This document shows, in pieces, positions 27,880 through 41,620 of a stretch of 64,000 bases of DNA. Where the stretch lies: positions 28,582,001-28,646,000 of the forward strand of contig OX597820.1 in NCBI GenBank assembly GCA_951406725.2, in the 5' to 3' direction. This stretch comes from Octopus vulgaris (Eukaryota). A program made the translations under genes and the position numbers. The notes under the pieces were generated by a model, which saw only the letters and a list, made by a program, of their open reading frames with translations, made no database searches and was not told the origin of the DNA. The stretch's first letter is position 1, and every line of letters starts with the position of its first letter.

Positions 27880-28410
27880 GGTATGTAGAAAAATACAACA
27901 TGGACAAGAACGTATAACTCTTAGAAGACGATACAATAAACACGGACAGGACATTCGAAACCCTCAGTCTTCAGTCAAGAACCGGATCATCGTAGTAATT
28001 TCGGCTGATTAATCTTGAGATTACTAGATCACGGCCAGCCCTCCAAGAAAAACTAAGCAACGAGCATTAGAAAAACTAAGCTGGGAGCGTAGATTTCCTG
28101 GAAGAAGGATCGAATGCATACGGACACCAGGACAGCAAAAGGGACGAATATAAAAAAACAAAAAATAATGGAATACAGAAACATGAAATACAGAAGCATT
28201 AACGGTGAAAACAACAACAAGTGTCTTACGACTGATAACAAGCAAACAAATTATTTCTCTGGCGCAAGGAAAGGAGCCTTATCGGCGATGCCTATAGCGG
28301 CGGACGAAAAACAACGATGTTAACACGACGCTGGTCAGAAGCTGAAAGGCAGATTTCGGCCAGCAGTCACGTGACAGAGAAGAAGAGAAAAGAAAAGAAA
28401 GAGAAGCAAC

Positions 28411-28445
<35 letters not shown>

Positions 28446-29085
28446 GGGACAAACGCAACAAAGAGAGAAAGAGAGAGAGAGAAAGAAGGAATCAGAGAGG
28501 AGAAGGGATGGGTGTCGAAGATTGACCTGTGAGTGCAGAGCGAGACAAAGAATTAGGAGGGTAGTGGAAGATTAGACCAAAGAATCAGAGGAAAGAGAAG
28601 AGAAAAAGAGGATGAGTAGAGAGAGAAGGGGACAGATCAAGTAAAAGTGAGAGAGAGAGATACAAACAAAGAGTCGTACCAGTTATTAAGAATATGTGCT
28701 CACATTAATGTTAAGAGGGTACGTGGCGCCTGGAATATATGTTAAGGTATGTAGAAAAATACAACATGGACAAGAACGTATAACTCTTAGAAGACGATAC
28801 AATAAACACGGACAGGACATTCGAAACCCTCAGTCTTCAGTCAAGAACCGGATCATCGTAGTAATTTCGGCTGATTAATCTTGAGATTACTAGATCACGG
28901 CCAGCCCTCAAGAAAAACTAAGCAACGAGCATTAGAAAAACTAAGCTGGGAGCGTAGATTTCCTGGAAGAAGGATCGAATGCATACGGACACCAGGACAG
29001 CAAAAGGGACGAATATAAAAAAACAAAAAAATAATGGAATACAGAAACATGAAATACAGAAGCATTAACGGTGAAAACAACAACA
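27876..29085 (-). mobile_element. Non-autonomous element with ~344-bp near-identical direct repeats (27876-28219, 28742-29085); Penelope pLTR- or retrozyme-like
   Basis: Repeats read directly; ~520-bp purine-rich non-coding spacer; flanked by (TA)n. Confidence 0.7.
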
Positions 29086-29163
29086 TATATATATATATAT
29101 ATTTATCTACCTATCTGTCTATGTATGTATGTATGTATGTATGTATGTATGTATGTATGTATT

Positions 29164-29211
<48 letters not shown>

Positions 29212-29218
29212 GCAAATG

Positions 29219-29562
29219 TGTCGTAAGTCCAAAACGTTGCTTTTTCAGAAAACAAAGAAATAGTTTCACAACTTCATTTCTTTTTACATTAGCAAAAGTT
29301 TTCAGCTTAACAATAATACTTTGTTGAGTGCATAAAATCGTAACTCTACGCGTGTATGATATCTCAGTGAGAAATACGTTCGCAAAACTGTCACATGTGG
29401 GACTTTCTTCACTTTGGAAAATTATAAACCGTTGTACTACACCTTGACAACTTTCATCTGAAGCAGCTGGAGATACGATAGTTTGACGAAAAATGTCTGC
29501 TATTGTAAGCAAAATTAAATATTGAAAAAAAAGCGCATTTGGCGATATTTGGACGTAAGACA
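29219..29562. mobile_element. Possible MITE with 15-bp imperfect TIRs
   Basis: tgtcgtaagtccaaa vs tttggacgtaagaca (13/15 reverse-complement match); no TSD recognised. Confidence 0.35.
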
Positions 29563-29635
29563 GTTTAACATAATAGCATCGATATATATACATAAAAGTA
29601 TTTAAATTGAATTATGTATTTGAAAGTACACATGT

Positions 29636-29946
29636 GTGGAGGCACATGGCCTTGTGGTTAGAGCAGTGGCGTCACGGTCGAGGGATCGCGGATTCGAATC
29701 TCAGACCGGGTGATGTGTGTGTTTCTGAGAGAAACACATAAGCTCCATGCGGCTCCGGCAGAATGTAATGGCGAACTTCTGCTCACTCTTTCGCAACAAC
29801 TTTGTCTCACGCTTTCTTCCTCCATCTAGCAGCTCACCTACGACGGACCGGCGTCCCGTCTAGGTGGGGAACCTATACTCCACTGAAACCGGGAAACCAG
29901 CCCTTATGAGCCAGGTATGTCTCGAGAAGGTACAAACACCAACAAA
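29636..29946 (+). mobile_element. SINE family C (tRNA head, V-domain-like body)
   Basis: gtggaggcacatggccttgtggttagagc...ggattcgaatctc...ccggcgtcccgtctaggtgggg...gaaaccggg; homologs at 54070 and 63682. Confidence 0.85.
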
Positions 29947-30747
29947 ATGTACATGTACAATTATACACATACATATATATTTGTAAGTCTTGGCGTTACA
30001 AGATTGTCAAGAAGATGAACCATTAAATTAACTCTAAGTCTGCAATTAATGGTAGAAACTTACACACATAATGCCCTTTCGGTGCTGAAACCTATTTATA
30101 GCAAGCGCAAGCATTCACACCAGATTCATCTCAATTCTCACCTGCAGTCGGTCCAGAGGTCTGAGAAAGGTTTAATGCCTTTCGCTCTTTTTCCTTTGAT
30201 CAAATCATAAAAATAAAAACAAAATTCATATGACACCAGCATTACTGTATTTCTATAGTAAACTACTGGTGTATGCATTTATATATATTTCTTCTTTTTT
30301 AGACATTTAAATATAAAAAAAAATATTCTAAATTGAATTTTATTCCCTGTTTACATAGGTTTGTAGCTTAGCCACATTTTGTACTTTCGTGTTCAGTAGA
30401 CTTCCATATTGATTTTTTTTCTACCAAATTTGTTGAAGAGAATCAACGCATAACGTCTACGGAAACCTATCTCACTCACACACACATATACACACACACG
30501 CACACACACACACACTCACATGCATACACACATACACACACACACATATTACTGCAAGGTGTTATAACAAAATTATGATAAAATTGACAATGTCGGAATT
30601 TTTCAGTATTTTGAGATATCGAAAATATCTTTTCTATTAATAAATTTTTTTTCTAATTTTAAAAATATGAAAATATGGACCTTTTCTGAGAAATTTACAG
30701 CTTCCGCTCCATGAAATCTATTATTTACTGATATACACACACAGAAC

Positions 30748-30805
<58 letters not shown>

Positions 30806-31045
30806 AGATAATATACACATATGATGAAAGGGTTAGTTTAAAGAATGTCAGATAGTGCAGGTGTCTACATTTACTCTTATACACGTATGTTACATAAGTT
30901 TATTGAGTTGCATACAGGATTTCCAGAAAAGACGTACATACACAAATATATGTACTTAGAAAGAGATATAGCAAATATTTTCTCCATTTTTTTCCTTTGA
31001 TACATCTCAGTTATATCAAATTTCTATACATATGTATGCATATAG

Positions 31046-31114
<69 letters not shown>

Positions 31115-31166
31115 GAGAGAGAGAGAGAGAGAGAGATGTATGTGTGTATATATATATATGTATGTG

Positions 31167-31201
<35 letters not shown>

Positions 31202-31203
<2 letters not shown>

Positions 31204-31421
31204 GCCATGATAGATCACTAGCCACTATACACACTTTTTTATCTCCTTGTTCCTCTCCTTGTTTCTTTCTGTGTTCCTTTCTGTGGAAGAGCGTAAGCTC
31301 GAAATGTTAAAGACTTTTTCAATTCCCGAGCGTTATACTAAGACATCTGTTTCTTTTTTTAGAAAAAAAATCTGTTTCTTTTTCTAAGACATCTGTTTCT
31401 TCGTCTTTTTTTGTGAATTCC

Positions 31422-31425
<4 letters not shown>
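31202..31425 (+). mobile_element. Penelope-like terminal fragment with hammerhead motif (31277-31312)
   Basis: CTTT-CTGTGGA-A-GAGC(GTAA)GCTC-GAA-ATGT-T-AAAG; (TA)n on both sides. Confidence 0.75.
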
Positions 31426-31463
<38 letters not shown>

Positions 31464-31880
31464 ATGGCGTAAATGATATAAAAGTGCTGAGATCTACAAT
31501 CCCCACATTTGCTCCTTTGCGGTAATTAGCTTCTAAATCCATCCTGAGTTCCGTTTGAATATCCATTGTCTGAATATTATATTGAAATATAAACGAAGCT
31601 ATTTATCTTTTTGTGTTTCATGTAAAAAATATTGTGAACGACACCTGCAGAAAAAATGCATGAAGCTCATACTCTTGATTTTGTTCATTTCTGGTTCTTG
31701 TGATAATTATATTATAATCGTTATTATAACCGTTACAAACACCAACAATCGAAGTCATGAAATCGCGTTCCTGTTTAAGTAATGTTCTAAAAGTATATTT
31801 TTAATGTTTTTGGACACAATGAGTGTCTGTACGGGTATTTATTTTGCATGCACTTGAGCAGACACATACATGTTTATATA

Positions 31881-32076
31881 TATCTGTAAATGTAATATGT
31901 GACAATTATTCGGTAGCCATCATAAAACTCCGATTTTCGGATGCCGAGGTGGAAATAGCATTTTTCCGATGGCCGGATAACTGAAGAGATGGCGCCATGG
32001 ATTTCCACCTCGGCATCCGAAACTTGGAGTTTTATGATGGCTACCGAATAATTGTCACATATTACATTTACAGATA
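31881..32076. repeat. Near-perfect inverted repeat (~75-bp arms)
   Basis: tatctgtaaatgtaatatgtgacaattattcggtagccatcataaaactcc... / ...ggagttttatgatggctaccgaataattgtcacatattacatttacagata. Confidence 0.9.
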
Positions 32077-32156
32077 AATTCCACTATTTACATAATACCA
32101 AGGTCTCTTTCTTCTTTCGTTGTCTTAGCGGTTTTATCAATATATATATATATATG

Positions 32157-32222
<66 letters not shown>

Positions 32223-32226
<4 letters not shown>

Positions 32227-32420
32227 CGGGAAAGTTTACGAAAATAAACAATAGACGAAGGCAGGTGGAATACAAACAAACAAATGTATTAGTATAGCGC
32301 TCAGGAATAGAAATAGAAAAAGGCTTTTACGTTTCGAGCCTACGCTCTTCGACAGAAAGATACACAGATAAAAACAAGAGAGAGAAAAATGCGTGTAGGA
32401 GCTAACGATCTATCATGGCG
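32223..32420 (-). mobile_element. Penelope-like terminal fragment with hammerhead motif (32324-32359)
   Basis: Minus strand CTTT-CTGTCGA-A-GAGC(GTAG)GCTC-GAA-ACGT-A-AAAG; 3' end at (TA)n. Confidence 0.75.
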
Positions 32421-32848
32421 TATGCATACACATGCTCATAGATACCCATACATGCACAGAATAATATATTAATCTATAAATAGTTACATATATTTATACA
32501 TATACACATTTACGTATATACTTAAACTCACACGTAGACACGTAGCCATAGATTATTTAACATAATTCATAAAATGTATTACCTAAACAATTAGAAAACC
32601 AACGATTCTAGGAGACTATTATTTGCACAAAAGATACATAGCCGCGTGCATATAAGGCACTAAAAGTTCAGTTCTTTTAAAACTGTTCCTGCTTTGAGTC
32701 AAAATTGTTTTGTTTCCCGCTCAGACGAAGGTCACATTTCAAGAAGCTATTTAGAAATTTTATATACACAACTCGGGTTACAAGTTGATGGCATGAAACG
32801 AAAAACTCTAACTACTAGAAAACGGAGCCCTTTAGTTATAATGCTATA

Positions 32849-32894
<46 letters not shown>

Positions 32895-32904
32895 TTGTAC
32901 GTAA

Positions 32905-33140
32905 GCGCAGACAAGGCAGTATGGTAAAATGCTTGCTTCTCAACCACATCATTCCAGGATTAGTTCTACTGCGTGGCATCTAGGTCTATTATAAACTCGG
33001 GCTCACCGAAAGCGGAAACTGAAAGAAGCCCGTCGTTTATAAATATATATGTATATATGTGTGTGCATGTGTGTATATATGTATATACTTGTGTGTGTGT
33101 CTGTGCTTATCAACCTCTTTGACAACCGATGCTGGTTCTA
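32905..33140 (+). mobile_element. Degraded SINE family A (5' part)
   Basis: ggcagtatggtaaaatgcttgcttctcaaccac...cggaaactgaaagaagcccgtcg...ttgacaaccgatgctgg. Confidence 0.75.
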
Positions 33141-33561
33141 CATGCCCGCGCATGTGTAACAGAATATGCTTAATATGCATCAATAAAAACAAAATTGTGA
33201 AGCAAACAGAGAGCAGACATACATCAGTGAAAGAGCATGTACTAGAAAAGCTGAATCAGTTTAAATATGTTGTACATTTTGCAGAAAGCTATGGAGGCTT
33301 CGGAAAAAAGAAGAATTGTCTATTTCTCCGATGAATACAAAAATGACGAACAGAATTTATCGATTTTCGAAACTTATTAGGTTCTCATGAATTTTGGATA
33401 TTAGTACAAACGTTGCTGTAAAGAATTTTATTTCGAATACGGGTATATTATATAACTTGACATAAAATAACATGTAACGTTATGCAACAATTGTTAACAA
33501 TTTATGCATATACACATATACACGTACACCACCACACACGCGCACTTACACGCACGTATAC

Positions 33562-33596
<35 letters not shown>

Positions 33597-33599
33597 GTG

Positions 33600-33846
33600 T
33601 GTGTGTGTGTGTCTGAGTATGCATACGTTTATCTATGTGTGTGTGTCTTAGTCCCCACAAACTGCTTAACAACGGCTGTTGGTGTGTTTGCGTCTCTGTG
33701 ACATAGCGGTCCTGCAAAAGAGCCCGCTAGAATTTTAACCAGGCTTTAAAATGTAAATACTAGCGTTGATTCACTCGGCGAAGAATTGAAAGCAGTGACC
33801 TAGCATGGCCACAGTCTAATGACTGAGACAAGTAAAGGATAAAAGG
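33600..33846 (+). mobile_element. SINE family A 3' half
   Basis: ...agcatggccacagtctaatgactgagacaagtaaagg. Confidence 0.75.
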
Positions 33847-34319
33847 TAATATATATATGTGTATGTGTGTGTGTGTGTATTGATATATAGATAGATGGAT
33901 AGAGCGACAGATAGAGAGAGAAAGAGACAGAAAGACAGGCAAACAGAGACAGACTGACGGTATATTTCGTGAATATGTATATGTCAATGTCGGTGCTGAA
34001 AAGAGAGAAGAGTGTGGGTGAGGAGAAGTGGTCCGAAGGGGAAAAAAGAAAGGAGGAAAAAGCGGAGGTGGAGAAGAGGAAGAAAAAGAGGAAGTGGAGG
34101 ATAGAATTAAATGCATACAAAGACCCAAATCTATACCAGCAAATACATTCAGAGTCATGAGGAGATAAACTCGAATAGGACACCATACAAAATAAGACTG
34201 CATCTATTTAACAGATTTTATTGAAAACACAGTGATGTAGAAAATAAATATATTAAATAGCGTTGTAGTATTTTAAAAAATATCGTGAACCAAAAAGTTA
34301 TACATTTTCAATCGATGCA

Positions 34320-34434
34320 GAAATATATGTATATGGATATGTATATACATGCGTGTGCGTGTGCGCGTGTGTGTATATGTATGTATGCGTGCGTGTATGT
34401 GTGTGCAATTTTAAGAGTATGTTTTTTTTTTTGT

Positions 34435-34509
<75 letters not shown>

Positions 34510-34601
34510 GTATTTGTACATAAATATATATATGTATAAAAATAAATGTAAATATACGTAAGTTTACATATATATACATATACACGCACGCATCCCCGCA
34601 C

Positions 34602-34654
<53 letters not shown>

Positions 34655-34665
34655 TATGTATATAT

Positions 34666-34698
<33 letters not shown>

Positions 34699-34719
34699 GA
34701 TATATACATACATATATAT

Positions 34720-34802
<83 letters not shown>

Positions 34803-34804
34803 TA

Positions 34805-34898
<94 letters not shown>

Positions 34899-34905
34899 TA
34901 TATAC
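34320..34905. repeat. Compound (TA)n/(TACA)n/(TG)n microsatellite block
   Basis: Direct; similar blocks at 42620-42950, 43415-44075, 59670-60017. Confidence 0.95.
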
Positions 34906-35460
34906 TTATTTAGACACACACAAACGTAGACGTGTATACTCATATATGTTGGATGTCTGCGAAGAAAAACACAGTGAAACCTTCTCCCATTGATTTCATG
35001 TCGTCTGCCTATTGGAAAAATCAACAGCAGTTTTCTTCAAAAGAATGAACAAGAATAAAGACAAAATTCAAAACGTATTAAGCCGCAGCAAAAATTACAT
35101 CAACATCAACAATAACAAGAATAATGGTGACAACTCTATTCAACAAATCATTTCAGTTAAAATAACAAAGTAGTAGTAGTAGTAGTAGTAGTAGTAATAA
35201 ATGGCGGTAAGCGACATAAAATAGTAACAATGGCGTATTGGGCTGTGGAAAGACTGTCTCCTCATATTTATCTGTTGTTCTTTTGTACGTCTTCTAAATT
35301 TTTTTGATTTATCTCTCTTTTATATTTTTCAATTTTTCTCTTTCATTCTTTTTGTTTGATACATAAGTATGTGTTGGCATACATATGTGTGTGTATTTTA
35401 TATATGCCTATATATTTATATCTAGATACACATGCAGACACACATACGCACATATATACG

Positions 35461-35525
<65 letters not shown>

Positions 35526-35999
35526 ACATTGAAATATATGCGCCGACCCAAACATAGATCTATACCTATACATACACACACACACACACACATACATATA
35601 TATCTATCTTTGTTTGTGTGTATGTGTGTGTATACATTACATAGTAGATGAATCTGTAACAAGTACCAAAAAATCAATGTTTTGTGTTGTCTGTTATTTA
35701 CTCTACGATTTTGCAATATTATCGTCGTTCGTTTTAGGTTGTATTCGCCGTATGCAATATATGAGACGAAAATCTTACCTCAAGTGTATATTTGTTTTTT
35801 GCTGTTTGTTTTTCTTTTGTCTTTTTCACATTTTTCCTTACAATGTTTTACTTCAATAGATTACAACATAGAATATCATTAAGAACATTTACGCACGTTC
35901 TAGTATATCTTATTAATTATTGCATAAGACAACAGGTATTGAGAGAAGAACATGAACGTAATATAGGCGTGTTCTATAGTGGTATTTAGTAGTTCCACA

Positions 36000-36237
36000 A
36001 GGTGGCGAGCTAGCAGAAGCGTTAGCACATCGGGCGAAATGCTTTGCGGTAATTCATCTGCCGTTACGTTGTGAGTTCAAATTCCGCCGAGGTCGACTTT
36101 GCCTTTCATCCTTTCGGTGTCGATAAATTAAGTACCAGTTAAGCAGTGGGGTCGATGTAATCGACATAATACCTATGTCTGTCCTTGTTTGTCCCCTCTA
36201 TGTTTAGCCCCCTTGTGGGTAATAAAGAAATAGGTAT
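36000..36237 (+). mobile_element. SINE family B (tRNA head, Meta-domain-like core, Tx1-like tail)
   Basis: ggtggcgagctagcagaa...gagttcaaattccgccgaggtcgactttgcctttcatcctttcgg...ttgtgggtaataaagaaata; ggtatttagtagt repeated on both flanks. Confidence 0.88.
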
Positions 36238-36394
36238 TTAGTAGTGCCCATCCGTGTACACTGAGGGACGAACTGCTATTTAATTTTTATTCTTCCAGAT
36301 TTGATAAAGATAAAGTACGTATCTGTAAATGTTGTCCGTGATGTAATCCACAATTCGAATACAGTTCATTGTGTATATTTAACAATATGTTGAA

Positions 36395-36990
36395 ATCTTA
36401 ATATTGATTTCAAATTTTGGCACAAAGCTAATAAGTTCAGGAGGGAGGTTAGTGGTTTACATCGACCACAGTAATCAACTCGCATGTGTTTTACCGAACA
36501 CGAAAGGAAGAAAGGCAAAGTCGACCTCGCACGAATTGGAATCCAGAACGTATAGGCGAACGAAACACTGCTAAGCATTTCGCCCGGCGAATTAGCGATT
36601 CTACAAGCTCACCGTCTTTGTTTGAATATTCATATTTCTTACGAACTTTTTCAAGGCGTCGAGCTGGAAGAATCGTTAGCACGCCGAACCAAATACTCAG
36701 CGGTATTTCGACCGTCTTTACGTTATGATTTCAAATGTTACCGAGGTCGACTTTGCCGTTCATCCTTTCAGGGATAGATGAAATAAGTACCAGTTGAGCA
36801 CTTGCGTCGATGTAATCAACTTACCCCCTCCTCCAAATTTCAGGCCCTGTGCGTATAGCAGCAATGAATATTGGTTTCTAATTTTGACACAGAGCTAGTA
36901 ATTTTTGGGAGGGTGTAAGATGAATACGTCAACTCCAGTGCTCAAGTGATACTTATTTTATCGACCACTAAACAAAGAAAGATAAGTTCG
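36395..36990. mobile_element. Three further SINE B copies in alternating orientation (- 36395-36615, + 36654-36868, - 36870-36990)
   Basis: aaaggcaaagtcgacctcg and gaggtcgactttgccgttcatcctttc motifs on opposite strands. Confidence 0.8.
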
Positions 36991-37316
36991 ATCTATATAC
37001 ATATATATGTATGTATATATATTAATCGAAGTATACAGTATTATATATCCATTACGGTCGATCTTACCAATCAGTTTGATCTAGGGGTCCAACGGAGTGT
37101 TAGGTAACAGTCAGTTTATGTGATCATGCGATTTTCAGTGGCACCCGTTATAAGCATATTGCACACAACATCAGTGAAGGGAAACGAAAAACGAACAATG
37201 TCTTTGACTTGTCAGCAGCCATTGTATTGTCTCCACTGATGATCCTCAGTTTTACAATAATTTTTCTTCCTGTTTTCACTCATACATACACATACATACT
37301 TACGTACGTGTATATA

Positions 37317-37380
<64 letters not shown>

Positions 37381-37399
37381 TGTGCGTGTGTGTGTGTGT

Positions 37400-37715
37400 A
37401 ATTTAGAGAAAAACCTCTATTAAACAATTCAATAATGAAAGATGTTATTCATACCATATAGAAAACATATACTATAGAAACCTTATTCTAAAAATCAATA
37501 AAGTACAATAAATAGTAAATAGTAATAAAAAGACTACGCGCGTTTCGTGGCTATGTTTTCAAATATATAATAATAATAAAATCAATTCGATTTAGAGTTA
37601 AATCGATCTAAAATTAATTCTATTTAAACATGTAGTCACTTATCAGGTCTAAAATAATAAATAATACAAAAATAATAATAGAATATATTTACTTAACTTA
37701 TAATAATTATCGAAT
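37400..37715 (-). mobile_element. AT-rich Penelope-like terminal fragment with hammerhead motif (37531-37650, long stem II)
   Basis: Minus strand AGAC-CTGATAA-GTGACTACATGTTT...AAACATAGCCAC-GAA-ACGCGCGT-A-GTCT; microsatellite flanks. Confidence 0.65.
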
Positions 37716-37717
37716 AA

Positions 37718-37767
<50 letters not shown>

Positions 37768-38219
37768 TTATATGTATATATGTATATATATATTATTGAG
37801 AACAGTTTGATTCGGCTCCATGCGGCTTGATGATTCGTGAGCTTCAAACAGAAACCAGTCTCATTCAGGCTTACTGAATGAAGGAACAAATGAAGCCCAA
37901 GATGGGCTGATATTGATCAAGGCTGGCCTCATGTTGCTGTCAGAGATAGGTACGTTAGAGAAAGGAATCTCTTTGACCGTTAGAGAGGAGAATTTCTTCG
38001 ACCACTTAGCTGGGCAGGTAACTCGTAGAGTCTACGTGTTTATGAGCTGACGGAAGAAGCGATGGTAGTGCGAGCGTGCGCGTTGTGTGTGTGTGCATGC
38101 CTTTGGTGTTTGTGTGCGGGTATGACTGATGTATGCCGGCATAGTTGCAACAGCTTTGCTGGCGTTGGATTGAGGTTTATAGATAAATACATACACACAT
38201 ACACATACACACACACACA

Positions 38220-38264
<45 letters not shown>

Positions 38265-38266
<2 letters not shown>

Positions 38267-39083
38267 CCCGGAGGGATTGCAATCCCAGAGGTACAATCAG
38301 TGCGTGACCTGGGTATTCACATGAGTGATGACGCGACCTTTCATGTACATGTTGCTAAACTGGCAATGAAATGTAGACGGCTGGATGGATGGATTCTTAG
38401 AACCTTTAGAACAAGAGAACAAGAAACCATGATGGCCCTCTGAAAGACACTTGTCCTAAGCCACTTTGACTATTGCTCTCAGCTATGGTCACCATCCAGT
38501 GTCAAGTTGATCACAGAACTTGAGGCGATCCAACGAAGCTACACGAAGAAGATAGCCTCTGTGCAGCATATGAGCTACTGGGAAAGACTCAAGATATTAA
38601 AGCTCTATTCCCTGGAGCGTAGGCGAGAAAGATATGCCATAATATATATCTGGAAGATCCTGGAAGGACTTGTCCCAAACTTTGGCATCGAGAGTCACAC
38701 AAATGCCAGAACCGGGCGCCACTGCGTAGTACCAAGGACTCCAAATTTGCCATCAAGATGTAGGACAAGATATTGTGATAGCCTGTGCTTCAGAGGCCCA
38801 CAGCTCTTCAATATCCTCCCGAAGAACCTGAGGGACCTGCATGGTGTAGATGCGGATGTCTTTAAAGTAGGACTGGATCGCTTCCTGTCAGGTGTCCCGG
38901 ATGAACCAACTTCACGGCAGGAGGTGCAGATGAGGGCAGCTGCATCGAACTCTCTCATGCATCAGATGGCATTTGCTAAAAAGCATCCGTGAGGTAAAAT
39001 CGTGTAGCAAACCAAATGGCGGTGCCCCAGCATGGCCACAGCTCATTAGCTGAAACTGGAAAAATCAAAATCAAATCAAAATC
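38265..39083 (+). pseudogene. 5'-truncated CR1-group LINE: end of RT plus C-terminus, short 3' UTR, (AAATC)n tail
   Basis: Frame reads VRDLGIHMSDD...GWILRTF...L*KTLVLSHFDYCSQLWSP...LEAIQR...SYWERLKILKLYSLERRRERY...GPQLFNILPK; one premature stop at ~38441. Confidence 0.9.
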
Positions 39084-39968
39084 ATACATATATATATAAG
39101 AAACGCAATGTAATAAGTGAGGAGAGTCCACGCTCCGTGAAAAAAGGAACATAGAAAATGTAACCAATATTTATGCCTAATGTAATGTAGACGTGTTTTA
39201 GAAATCCTTTTATCTTAAATTTATAAAATTACCTGAGTCTAAACACCTTATTACGCGCCAAAATGCACCCAGTTTCCTCCGTCAGCATTATATATTAAAC
39301 ATCACGCTCATTCTAATTCTATAAGCGTCATACCAAACATATATATCTAATATTGAAGAATCTGGAGCCCTCTGTTTGTAATAAGTATTAAACTATTCAA
39401 CACTCGACGCTGTATGTACAAATTGCTGTCCCATATATTCTGCACATTCGCAACGATAATTTTTAATGAAATTATCTGGTAAAAATCAATACTAAATTAC
39501 TATTATAGTATGATACAGTATGATTTTTTTCATAAGTTAACAACATACACATATAACTACAGGGCAATAATCTACATACACACACACAAAACTAAACACT
39601 GAATTGAAGCGGTGTTGTTCACAAATGTTAACTTTTTCTTTATTAAATAGACAAAGTTATATTGACATTAACCTCCAAATATTCCACAGGAAAACGGTAT
39701 TTTGCTTCTCTCTCATATTTAAATATACTTTGTATTTCGTTGTGGAGTTTTTCCTTGGAGTATTGCTTTAATTTGTTAAATAGCCTACAAAATATAAAGC
39801 ACAAGATAAAAAGTTGATGTTGCTTCACCAACTTCCGTTCATACCATATACAGATATAGGTATGGCTATGTGGTAAAGAAGTCAGATGGAGGTCACCCAA
39901 CGGGCTTAAGTAGTTTTCCACTCACTGTATTTCTCACTCCTTCTCTGTCGTGCTCGCAAGTTCGTAGT

Positions 39969-40013
<45 letters not shown>

Positions 40014-40014
40014 G

Positions 40015-40230
40015 CTGAGAGTGGTTTCGATTCCCTGAATGGGCAGTGTGTTATCTTTTTGAGCAGAACACTTCATTTCACATTGCTTCAGTCTCCCTTC
40101 GATCACAATAAATTGTTGTCCTGCTCGCTTAACCAGCGGGGTGGCGTCATTCGAAGGCTAAAACAACGCAGAAGCGCACTGTGATCACCGATGTGTAACG
40201 ACATCTGATAACCTGGTCGGTCCCGTGATA
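40015..40230 (+). mobile_element. CORE-like SINE fragment
   Basis: gtggtttcgattccc...ttgagcagaacacttcatttcacattgcttcagtc matches the reverse complement of ~8815-8890. Confidence 0.6.
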
Positions 40231-40236
40231 TATATG

Positions 40237-40285
<49 letters not shown>

Positions 40286-40352
40286 TAAAATTTTATGTAT
40301 TGATTAAGTCTTTCCTTGTTTGTTTTGCAAAATAGTGGTTTTGTCTCTAATA

Positions 40353-40393
<41 letters not shown>

Positions 40394-40419
40394 GTGTGTG
40401 TGTGTTTATATATATATAT

Positions 40420-41215
<796 letters not shown>

Positions 41216-41341
41216 TATATATATATATATATAAAGAACGGATTCACCCATCGCGACAGTTGGCTGGTAGGGTCTCTCCAAATTCTCGCTGTACAATCTG
41301 CACACATATTTTTAGTGGTGAAGTATTTGTGCCATATATTA

Positions 41342-41394
<53 letters not shown>

Positions 41395-41397
<3 letters not shown>

Positions 41398-41565
41398 TGG
41401 GGTCAACCACGTCCTCCGCTTCATTTTTTATTATTCACTCATTATCATTTAATTGTATATATTTTAATTGTTTGTTTATTCATATGTTTCGGTGTCATTC
41501 GATACCCTGACCCCAACGTTTGTTTTGCCCCCTCTTTTTCTCAACCTTATGGTGAATAAAGAAAT
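41395..41565 (+). mobile_element. 3' UTR fragment of an L1/Tx1-like element inside a (TC)n tract
   Basis: Ends ccttatggtgaataaagaaata, like the Tx1 end at 50444; (TC)n on both sides. Confidence 0.55.
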
Positions 41566-41583
41566 ACTCTCTCTCTCTTCCTC

Positions 41584-41620
<37 letters not shown>

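Noticed and set aside
34285-35024. Many long [16 protein letters not shown] ORFs here and across the window
   Set aside because: They are translations of stop-free microsatellites, not genes.
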